DNA of 45,749 nucleotides, taken from the NCBI RefSeq assembly GCF_001194135.2, contig NC_068982.1:105468088-105513836 (forward strand), in the 5' to 3' direction. The position numbers and the translations under genes are program-made. The notes beneath the pieces are model-generated. The model was given only the letters and a program-made list of their open reading frames with translations. It was not told where the DNA came from and searched no databases. This DNA is from Octopus bimaculoides (taxonomy: Eukaryota). Below are positions 24,707 to 33,890 of this stretch, piece by piece (positions within the stretch are counted from its first letter, which is position 1; each line of letters begins with the position of its first letter).

Positions 24707-24851
24707 AAAGATATCTTGATTAAATGAAGGTTTACATTGTTGCAAGGAGGTATATGTTAATGCATGGAAGATTCAATCAGATTGAATCTTTCATGCATTA
24801 ACATATACCTCCTTGCAACAATGTAAACCTTCATTTAATCAATATATCCTC

Positions 24852-24935
24852 AGCCTGAAGAGGAGCCTGTGTTATACACTTCACCTGGATATTTACCACT
24901 TCTGAGGTTCAGCTCGCTATGAAACATATGTAGCC
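24852..24935 (+). ncRNA. Type I hammerhead-like motif with extended helix II (right arm of palindrome E3)
   Basis: agc-CTGAAGA(24855-61)-ggagc-[49 nt]-gctat-GAAA(24921-24)-C-ATAT-G-TA-gcc. Minimal helix III closed by the palindromic tetraloop ATAT; GUA cleavage triplet. Confidence 0.5.
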
Positions 24936-25014
24936 CAGATCTTATCTAATCCTTTCTGTAACTCTTGTATATATATATATATTATTAAATTTCTAAAGTT
25001 AAAGTCTGATCATA

Positions 25015-25380
25015 GAAATCGTGATGGCACCTGTGCCCAGCATCGCCTTCCTGGCACTTGTGCTAGTGACACGTGCAAAGACATTCGAGCGAGATCATTG
25101 CCAGTGCTGCTGGACTGGCTCCTGTACAGGTGGCACGTAAAATACACCATTTTGAGCGTAGCCGTTGCCAGTACTCGCCTGACTGGCCCTCGTACCGGTG
25201 GCATGTAAAAGCACCCACTACACTCTCGGAGTGGTTGGCGTTAGGAAGGGCATCCAGCTGTAGAAACTCTGCCAAATCAGACTGGAGCCTGGTGTAGCCA
25301 TCTTGTTTCACCAGTCCTCAGTCAAATCGTCCAACCCATGCTAGCATGGAAAGCGGATGTTAAACGATGATGATGATGAT
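25015..25380 (+). mobile_element. RTE-tail SINE-like copy inserted in the left arm of palindrome E2
   Basis: Family match; the host arm sequence resumes on both sides (ataga overlap). Confidence 0.9.
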
Positions 25381-25444
25381 AGAGTGACCAATGGTTTCAC
25401 ATCCCTGAGAGCCACAACCTTGTGGACAGCTCATCAGATTCTAT
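25379..25444 (-). ncRNA. Type I hammerhead ribozyme motif (left arm of palindrome E2)
   Basis: Minus strand reads atagaat-CTGATGA-gctgtccacaaggttgtggctctcagggatgt-GAAA-ccattg-GTC-actctat. Intact core, helix III A-U/C-G/C-G, helix I 6 of 7. Confidence 0.65.
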
Positions 25445-25478
25445 ACAAAGACAAGTTTAACTCTTCACCTCTCTTTGT

Positions 25479-25544
25479 ATAAAGTCTGATGAGCTGTCCA
25501 CAAGGCTACAACTTTCATGGATGCGAAATCATTGGTCATTCTAT
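25479..25544 (+). ncRNA. Type I hammerhead ribozyme motif (right arm of palindrome E2)
   Basis: ataaagt-CTGATGA(25486-92)-gctgtcc...ggatgc-GAAA(25525-28)-tcattg-GTC(25535-37)-attctat. Helix II gc(t)gtcc/ggatgc, short helix III, helix I 6 of 7 pairs including one G.U. Confidence 0.65.
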
Positions 25545-25627
25545 GACCAGACTTTAACTTCAGTGGTTTAATACTTTACTGCTCTATACTTTAGAGTGTG
25601 CTTCTTATTTGGATATATGATATATTG

Positions 25628-25665
<38 letters not shown>

Positions 25666-26365
25666 GCAAACCTGTGACAACACTAGTACCAAACTGTACT
25701 GGTCTAAGTTGAAGTACTTTCCCTTGGATAAACATCATTGGTGTAGATAGGGGAGGGTTGTTTACATAGGCAAATTGCTTATCTTCTTCAAAAAAATCAT
25801 GTCCAGGCCAGCACATACATGTGGTGATGCATGTCTGACAGAGGCTTCATCTCTTAAATATTTTACAAAATGATTTGGAACGCTTTCTACAACCTGATTA
25901 TCTGTATCTTCAAGAAACCAGTTATCCGATTAATAATTCAGTCATTGTATTGCAGCTGATCTTCTGATCAAACCAAGGAAAGTATGTTTCTGTTTGCTTT
26001 TCAATGGCTGGTATCATATCAGTCTTGCCAGTCTTAGATCATGACAGAAATGTCACCAATGTTTGTTTATTTTTTTTTCCTTGTGACAGGAGATGAGATT
26101 TAAACTCAGAATGCACAGAACTGAAATAGATATTACAAACCATTTCATCCAATGTTCTTACAATTCCACTAATCCATTGTACTTGACTGGCACTTTAGAT
26201 TATTGATTATAAAAAGATGAAAGCAAAGTTGACTTCAGTGACACTACATAGAGCAGAGGGTCAGAAATAAAACCACATTGCTGTAATTCTGTTGAAGTAC
26301 ACAGTGTTTTAATAAATTTTGAAAACGATGAAGAATTTAGTAAAATAATTTTGACGTTGTTAATC

Positions 26366-26615
26366 GGATTTGATGTGAAGAAACGTCAAGTAAAAGCACA
26401 TGGATTTTGTTTACATCTAATCGGCTAACCCTAACCCTAACTCTAACCCTAACCCTAAACCTAACCCTAACCCCAACCCTAACCCCATCCCTAACCCTAA
26501 CCCTAACCCCAACCCTAACCCTATCCCTAACCCTAACCCTAACAGGCCAATTAGATGTAAACAAAACCCATGTGCTTTTACTTGACGTTTCTTTACATCA
26601 AATCGAAAGATAGCC
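26366..26615. mobile_element. 250-bp MITE with GG..CC ends, 9-bp TSD and internal telomere-type array (Merlin- or MULE-like)
   Basis: TSD TTGTTAATC at 26357-65 and 26616-24; the host MITE has one copy of this 9-mer. Inverted arms 26367-26425 and 26546-26604 match 56/59. Confidence 0.75.
26426..26543 (-). repeat. Interstitial telomere-type repeat (TTAGGG)n, 19 full hexamers
   Basis: 13 perfect CCCTAA and 6 variants (CTCTAA, ACCTAA, CCCCAA x2, CCCCAT, CCCTAT). Confidence 0.95.
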
Positions 26616-27465
26616 TTGTTAATCTAGTGTTCTAAACATAAATTAATGTAAATTTTTATGGAAGCTTTTAATTTGGATCTCTTTAAAACAGTAAATTTGT
26701 ATCATAGAACTCTGGATGGTCTCAGACAGTGTGGTATAAAAAGGTTTAAATGAAAAAATTAAATTGATTTGATCATTTGCTTTAATATGATGATGGAATT
26801 GGCACAGGTAGTCCAGAGGTGAACTTAATGCAATGGGATACTTAATAAACACCAAATATGAATGAAATCAACTATCCTGAAAAGAAGCATCATTCAGCAG
26901 AGCCAAGTATATTTGCTAACAAGGCTTTGGCAGCGTTTCCAGAGCACTTTCTTCCAAATACTTTAGCTCTCATGTAGCTCTACATGTAGCTCCCATGTAG
27001 CTCTAAATCATTATCAAGCTCAATAATATCCAACATTGTTGTCCCATTTCATGAATGTGAACCCTTATGTTACTGACAACCTCCAATTGATGCACCAATG
27101 AAAGAGCCTCAACAGGGTCATTCAGTCTTCTAGAAATAACAAGCAGCCCTCCCTCAAAATACATCCAACTATATCTTAAAAACATTGAATAGTAAGGTCC
27201 TCAATGAACTCTGCCTGGAGAAAAGACAAAAGCAACACTGGATGGCCTAGGTTGGAATATCTTTGATCATCTATCCATGTGATCAAGGCTAATAATCTGA
27301 GATTACACAATAACAACTTCCAACTGCTGGTTTACTTTTAGGCTCTGCCTCACCATTGCCATTTTATATTATTTGCCAACATATCTGATGCACCACTGAA
27401 ATATATTTGGAGCATCTTCAATTTCTCTTTTTGCTGTTACCATTGAACCTCTGTTTTCCGGTTAT

Positions 27466-27806
27466 GTAGGCACCTGTGCCCAGTGTTGCCTTCCTGGCAC
27501 TTATGCCAGTGGCATGTGTAAAGACATTCAAGTGAGATCGTTACCAGTGCCGCTGGACTGACTCCTGTGCAGGTGGCACGTAAAATACACCATTTTGAGC
27601 GTGGCCATTGCCAGTACCGCCTGACTGGCCTTCGTGCCGGTGGCACATAGAAGCACCCACTACACTCTCAGAGTGGTTGGCGTTAGGAAGGGCATCCAGC
27701 TGTAGAAACTCTGCCAAATCAGATTGGAGCCTGGTGTAGCCATCTGGTTCACCAGTCCTCAGTCAAATCGTCCAACCCATGCTAGCATGGAAAGTGGACG
27801 TTAAAC

Positions 27807-27873
<67 letters not shown>
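27466..27873 (+). mobile_element. RTE-tail SINE-like copy with (GAT)~22 tail
   Basis: Family match. Confidence 0.9.
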
Positions 27874-28303
27874 TACTCAACAAAATTCTTTATCAACCTA
27901 ATGTAGCCCATTCTTCTTTAGGCTATTAATTATAAGTGAGCTCACTAGTGCAAGGTGTAAACAGAGCACAAGGCTTTCTATTCAACAAGTGAAACCTGGC
28001 TGTGAAATTAACCTCACTACACAGTACTAATACTTAATGCATGAATAGTCAGATGTAAATGTATCTAAATATCATGAAAAGGAAGATAAAGTGTTAAAAC
28101 TTATGATTATTACGATGTACATTGCTGCAAGAAATTGATTTGAAATAACATTTTAAATTTTAAGTTAATTAATAATGGGAAATGTGTGAACAAATATTGA
28201 GTTCTAACACATATTTTTGAATTATATAGCTGATTCATGGTATTAAAGACAAAGTTGATCTCAGTAGAATTTGATCTCAGAATTTTAATAATTCTGTCAA
28301 GCT

Positions 28304-28720
28304 ATCCATGGTAGTGAGACTTGGGTTCTGAATGCAGAAGAATTGTGCAGACTAGAGAAGAATGGAGGCAGTGTGCTCCATTGGATGTGCAGCATCAGTG
28401 TGCACATGTGACAAAGTGCAAATGTGTTGAGAGAAAAGTTGGGCATAAGAGGAATCAGATGTAGCATGCAAAGAAGAAGACTACGTTGGCTTGGACATAT
28501 GATGCGTATGAATGAAGACAGCTGCATAAAGAAGTGCCAATCACTGAGAGTTGTTGGCACCTGTAGAAGAGGGAAACCCAGAAAGATATGGTGAGGATCG
28601 ATTTCAGGATGTTGGGCGTCATGGAAGAGATGACAATGGATTGAGATGTCTGGCAATACAAGTTTCTTCAGAAAACTTGCTCACTTCAACAAAACTGAGT
28701 TCTAGAAGCACTGTGGGTTC
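28304..28720 (+). mobile_element. Decayed RTE-clade LINE, C-terminal ORF fragment
   Basis: IHGSETWVLNAEELCRLEKN...WMC...LREKLGIRGI...RRRLRWLGHMMRM...KKC...GTCRRGKPRKIW* matches RTE YGSETW / RRLRWxGH / RGRPRKTW motifs; internal stops. Confidence 0.88.
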
Positions 28721-28857
28721 CACCCACATGTAACAATAAAACTTCTCCACACCCTACTCCAACAAACCAAACTACATCTCTCCTCTTCCTCACATTGCCT
28801 CTTTTCATGCACTAAGCTTTTGCTTATGTCTTGCTCCCCAATCCTGTCCTCACTGCC

Positions 28858-29049
28858 CTTTGGTTTGTGTCTCCTGTGGTTTGTGTCTCCTTTGGTTTGT
28901 GTCTCCTGTGGTTTGTGTCTCCTTTGGTTTGTGTCTCCTTTGGTATGTGTCTCCTTTGGTATGTGTCTCCTTTGGTTTCTGTCTCCTTTGGCATTTGTTT
29001 CATTTGGTTTCTGTCTCCTTTGGCATGTGTCTCCTTTGGTTTGTGTTTG
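28858..29049. repeat. 16-bp minisatellite, 12 units (ctttggtttgtgtctc)
   Basis: Counted directly; no indels. Confidence 0.95.
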
Positions 29050-29365
29050 CACAAACCTCCATTCCATCTTTGACCATCTTGGATGAGACAGCTAAAGGCA
29101 GAGAGAGGGCTGCACCAGAAATAGTACAGCTACTTATCTTTAGTTAAGCAGGAGCTACATGAAACGAAGGGCTTTGTTCAAGGACACACTGTGCCACCCA
29201 TCCAGGAATTGAACACATCATTTATAATCATGACTCCTTCACAAAAACGATAACCATTTTCTAATTAAATATACCAATCATGAACATTTGTTGAGATTTC
29301 AGATGGCTTGCTTGAAAAAAATTATGAAACACTTTTAAGTTTTGGATATATCTTGTATTAGCTTC

Positions 29366-30031
29366 TTAAACCTTTTGTTACCATATTTCTATTAAAATAC
29401 ATTACCTTTATTTCAATTAATTTCAAAAATAATGAAGAATTTAGTAAAATAACTTTTTCATTATTAAGCTGGTGTTTGGAATATAAATTAATATGAAATT
29501 TTGATAGAAGTTTTTAATTGAGATTATCATCATCATCATCATCATCGTTTAACGTCTGCTTTCCATGCTAGCATGGGTTGAACGATTTGACTGAGGACTG
29601 GTGAACCGGATGGCTACACCAGGCTCCAATCTGATTTGGCAGAGTTTCTACAGCTGGATGCCCTTCCTAACACCAACCACTCTGAGAGTGTAGTGGGTAC
29701 TTTTATGTGCCACCAGCACGAAGGCCAGTCAGGTGGTACTGGCAATGGCCATGCTCAAAATGGTGTAATTTACATGCCACCTGCACAGGAGCCAGTCCAG
29801 TGGCACTAGCACGATCTCGCTCGAATGTCTTTACACATGCCACCGGAACAAGTGCCAGGAAAGCGACGCAGGACACAGGTGCCATCACGATTTCGCTTTC
29901 GCTTGCCCCAACAGGTCTTCACAAGCCAAGTTTCGTGTCCTGGATATGAGCCAGTCATTACTTTAAAACAATTAACTTTGCAGCATAGAATCCTGTTGTG
30001 GTCTCAGATAAGTTGGTATCTAAAGAGTTAA
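29366..30031 (+). mobile_element. TTAA-flanked MITE, family B, split by a SINE insertion
   Basis: Left part ttaaaccttttgttacc...agatt (29366-29525); right part attactttaaaacaa...ggtatctaaagagttaa (about 29957-30031). Confidence 0.75.
29526..29956 (-). mobile_element. RTE-tail SINE-like copy inside a family B MITE
   Basis: Family match. Confidence 0.9.
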
Positions 30032-30521
30032 ACTGTGACTGATGTCAAGAACAACTGGCTTTAGTACTACTTTAGTTCATAAGGTGAACATGATAAATAA
30101 AGAACTGAGAAGATTATAACAAAAAAAAAGAGCAGTAGGAAAAATAAATAAATAAAAATTGTATTATGATTATAGATCAGATACTAGTGCAACCAACAAT
30201 GTTGGCATTGATGGAGGAAATGATAAGTAATAAAGAATATGAAAGGAGGGAATTTAAAGAGACTTATTATCAATTGCAACATAGAAAAGCTGATTGGAAG
30301 ATTGTGACTGATAATAAAGATTACACTTTATTCTCATCCTCTCTCTCACATTTCTTTTGATGCAGATGTCTATGAAAGCATGCATAATGGGTGTGTGTGT
30401 ATTTATATACACACATACATATGCATCTCCCTCTCTTCTCATATTCGCACACACATATATACACATATATGTAGATAGTTAGAACACCTTTCTATTTAGT
30501 CACAACACCTTTCATATATAA

Positions 30522-30552
<31 letters not shown>

Positions 30553-31046
30553 CACAATCATCTATATAGATAGTCAGAACACCTTTCTATTTAGAAATGT
30601 GTTATTGATAACATTTCTGTGCTCTATTTCCGGTATTTCTATTAGTCTTTTTTGGTATTTTTATACTTCTTTATTGTAATGTTCTTTGTTTAATTTGTAG
30701 TAATAGAGCTCCAGGGTCCATTTTAAGACATTCTCGCTCAAAAATATTCTTCATAAAAATGTTGCAAATGCGGTTGGTATTGATTTGGTTTAGAGCTCAA
30801 ACTTAGCACATAAATAGCATCTTCTAGTAGTAATAGCAAAGCAAACTGAAACTTGGAGCAAATGGTGAGACCATATTCCAACTGTGTCCAGAAACCTGAT
30901 ACCATTGACCAGAAAAATATTAAAGTTCAGAGATAATCAATGAGAAACAGAGCTGCCAACAGAAATTGCATGGTTCTTTCATGAAGCCATAAACATGAAA
31001 AACAAAAACAAAAATTAAAAGTGAGCCAATGAGGAAGCTTCTATAC

Positions 31047-31618
31047 CAGTGGTTCTCAACCAGGGTCCATATGGCCCTTGGAGGACAATATAAGAGTTTG
31101 TTGCTAATATTTTTCTCTAATAAACAGGTTATACTTCTATAATGTGAAGGCATATGGCTTAGTGGTTAGGGTATTCGACTGATGATCGTAAGGTCATGAG
31201 TTCACTTCCTGGCAACGTGTTGTGTCCTTGACCAAGACACTATATTTCACATTGTTCCAGTCCACTCAGCTGGTAAAAATGAGTAGTACCTGTATTTCAA
31301 AGGGCCAGCCATGTCACACTCTGTGTTATGTTGAATCTCCTTGAGAACTATGTGGAGTGCTCAGCCACATGCACATTAATTTCACAAGCAGGCTTTTCCA
31401 TTGATTGGATCAACTGGAGCCCTCGTCATTGTAACTGACAGAGTGCTACTTTTACAATACACAAAATATTTTAACAATTTTTTTTAATACAATTCCTAAT
31501 AATATTTAATGATAAAAATATAATAAGATTTTTTAAAACATCAAATGACTCGGAGGATACATCCAAGTAAAACAGGAATCGAAGGTGTCCCTAGGTGAAA
31601 AATGGTTGAGAAACACTG
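31047..31618. mobile_element. hAT (Charlie-type) MITE containing a nested tRNA-SINE
   Basis: TIRs cagtggttctcaacc and ggttgagaaacactg (14/15); 8-bp TSD ttctatac/ttctacat (6/8). Confidence 0.8.
31147..31448 (+). mobile_element. tRNA-derived SINE
   Basis: A-box tggcttagtgg and B-box gagttcacttcc. Central tgtgtccttgaccaagacac...ccagtccactcagctg domain. Flanked by an imperfect duplication, tacttctataat/tacttttacaat. Confidence 0.8.
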
Positions 31619-32073
31619 TTCTACATGGTTGATTGGTCTGTAAGGAATAGCAGCTACATCAACCTAAATTTCTTAAAAATGGGAAGTACAAATTCAATAA
31701 TGTATTCTGAGTTATATGTCTGTGAAGAGTGAAAGAATAAAAGATGAGATGACTGGAATTTATTTAAATTATAGATTTTATTTGATCAGGGATGACCTCA
31801 GGACTATACATGACAACAACGATGATGGTAACAACAAAAAGTAACAATCACATCCAGCTGTACAAATGTTTTCCTCCGGAGGATACAATCAAAGACACCT
31901 TGAAACATCAATGGAACTTGGAATATTATTATTTGCAAACATTCATACTGAATAATTGAAAGAAATTGGTAAAAAAAAATAAAAGAAACATAGAAAGTAA
32001 CGGGGAAAATAGTCATGTTTTCAACAACACATATTCACACATACATACATACCTACTGTATGTGTGTGTGTGT

Positions 32074-32117
<44 letters not shown>

Positions 32118-32811
32118 AAGCATCACACACGTGCACACACACACACTTACGGTATTGACAGATAAAAGCTGAAATGTAGTTAAGTAAATAATACATAACC
32201 ACGAGAGCTGCTATGAAGACAGTATAATTGAATATGTTATCTTTGTACAACCATTTTACATAAAATGTGACTCATAACTTTTTTAAAAAAAATATAACTA
32301 TTGGTGTTTCTCTGGTACACTTTCAGATAATAAATAAACTAACATATTTTCACAAGTCCAATGCTTTTAGAGAAAGCAGGCTCAGATATGTAAAGCACCT
32401 GAGTACTGTATACAATAAGTTCATTATACATTATACTGCCCACTAAGCCTGCTGTAAAGAGGGATTCTGAGGAGTGACATTTTTGAGCTTAACATTTTTT
32501 TTTTAATTAAAGAATATTCTACTTTTGCATATTGAGTTCTGCAATTTATTGCTTTCTGGTGAATTAATGCAAATTTAGACACACACACACACACACAAAC
32601 ACACTTAAACATACGAACATGTGCACATACATACACACACACACATGATTAGTCTACATTACTTAGTAAGGTGCATAGGGCCAGTTTCTTGGTTTCTCTG
32701 GTGTATGTATGTGTGTATATATATATATATATATACATAATTTGGAATCCTCCAAATTAAAGGACGAAATATAATTCAACCTTTTCACTCACACACATAT
32801 ATATATATATT

Positions 32812-32958
32812 CCTCCCTGGACAGAACACTGGTCCATTGCAGGATTACTCATTCTTATCAACACAGTGGAGTGGAACAATGTGAAATGAAGTGTTTTGCT
32901 TAGGAATACAATGCATCCCCCAGTCCAAGAATTGAAACCTGGCCATTTTGCAAGAGCA
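32812..32958 (-). mobile_element. tRNA-SINE fragment related to 31147-31448
   Basis: gtggagtggaacaatgtgaaatgaagtgttttgcttaggaatacaa is the reverse complement of the central domain. Confidence 0.6.
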
Positions 32959-32959
32959 G

Positions 32960-33890
32960 TATAAAACAGATGAAAGAGGTAGTGAGACACGAAGTGAGAA
33001 AGGAGGAAGAAGAAAGGTGAAATGTACATTTGGTGCAATGTAGTCAACAGGGACAGTGCCTGAGATGGGAGGAATATGTGGTCAGTCGCAGAATCTCATG
33101 GAAGGAACTTTGGGCTTGAGAACAAGCAAGAACATCCCTCCTGATCAAGTCTACTTTCAACGTTCTACCCTCACCGGCGAACTTAGTCTGGTGGAACATA
33201 AAACAACTGATTAATGTAGATGCAGAGAGAAAGCGACGGTGAGACACGTTGTCAAACTGCAGACTAGCACTAGAAAGATATACATGGCAGCATAATCAAG
33301 TCCTCGGCATCATAAGCGCAGCACTCAAGGAGAAGATCGAGGGATACAATAGGGAAGAGTATCCAAAAGAGGAAAAGTGCAGGAAAATATACTTCTGGAA
33401 GGAGGGAAAAGGACATAAGACCAGGCCTACAAATAGAATATACGAGATAGACGAAAGATACTAGGAGCTGGCCACGGATTGGAAAGACTAGTAATATTTC
33501 CACTCATAAAAATGACAAAAAGATCAAATTTAGTCCTATGGGACAGAGAACGGAGAATAGGAATTTTGCTAGAACTGACAGTGCCATGGGAAGAGGACAT
33601 CGACAATGCAGAGAAACGAAATGAGAAGAGGTACGAAAAACTTATCGAAGAGTGCAGAAAACAGGGATAGACTGTTGAGTATTACCACCTGGCAGTGAGA
33701 GCTAGGGGCTTCATTGAAAGAAAAATGACAATGTTATTCAAAAGAAGATTTGCATTTTCTAGCTTGGAACTGAGAAAACTAATAAGGAGAATACAGGAGG
33801 TGGTCGAAAAAGCCAGCTTCTATATATGGCTGAAGCGAGAAGACCAAAAATGGCTTGAAAGTCATAACATGCCGGCAGGAAAATAACATC
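32960..33890 (+). mobile_element. Decayed Hero-like (restriction-like endonuclease) non-LTR retrotransposon, 3' ORF part
   Basis: EVRKEEEER...QQG.CLRWE...RRISWKELW...LIKSTFNVLPSPANL..W, zinc-knuckle end (H.LSNC..AL.RYTWQHNQVL), then LVLW...LLELTVPWEE...A..R...RY..L...CR.QG...RARGF...EKASFYIWLKR..W. Several stops and frameshifts. Confidence 0.88.

Larger units (their letters stand above)
24401..24970 (-). mobile_element. Fold-back element E3 (157-bp arms, 1-nt spacer at 24779) between two (TA)n tracts
   Basis: 24622-24778 is the reverse complement of 24780-24936 with 17 mismatches and no indels. taactcttgtat recurs at the right end. Flanked by (TA)n at 24363-24392 and 24968-24982. Confidence 0.6.
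24983..25630 (+). mobile_element. Fold-back element E2 (inverted hammerhead-bearing arms) interrupted by a SINE, between (TA)n tracts
   Basis: Arms 25379-25451 and 25472-25544 with a 20-nt spacer. The left arm continues at 24983-25015 (28/33 match to the reverse complement of 25541-25573) on the far side of the SINE at 25015-25380. Ends at (AT)n 25631-25659. Confidence 0.6.
26270..26749 (+). mobile_element. TTAA-flanked (piggyBac-type) MITE, family B, host of the telomere-array MITE
   Basis: Shares ...ttttgaaaa..atgaagaatttagtaaaataa... and ...cataaattaa...ttttaattt.gatc.ctttaaaacag...ggtat.aaaagg(g/t)ttaa with copies at 9988-10208 and 29366-30031. Confidence 0.7.

Noticed and set aside
26426-26543. 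Telomeric repeat as a chromosome end or fusion scar
   Set aside because: Short, single orientation, enclosed by inverted arms and a 9-bp TSD inside an intron.
28858-29049. Regular short repeats (also 1890-1983 and 43713-44330) as a CRISPR-like array
   Set aside because: No unique spacers, no cas genes, eukaryotic context.
32740-32760. 8-bp hairpin aatttgga-atcc-tccaaatt next to (TA)n
   Set aside because: Too short to interpret. It could be the tip of another TA-associated element but shows no ribozyme core or shared tail.
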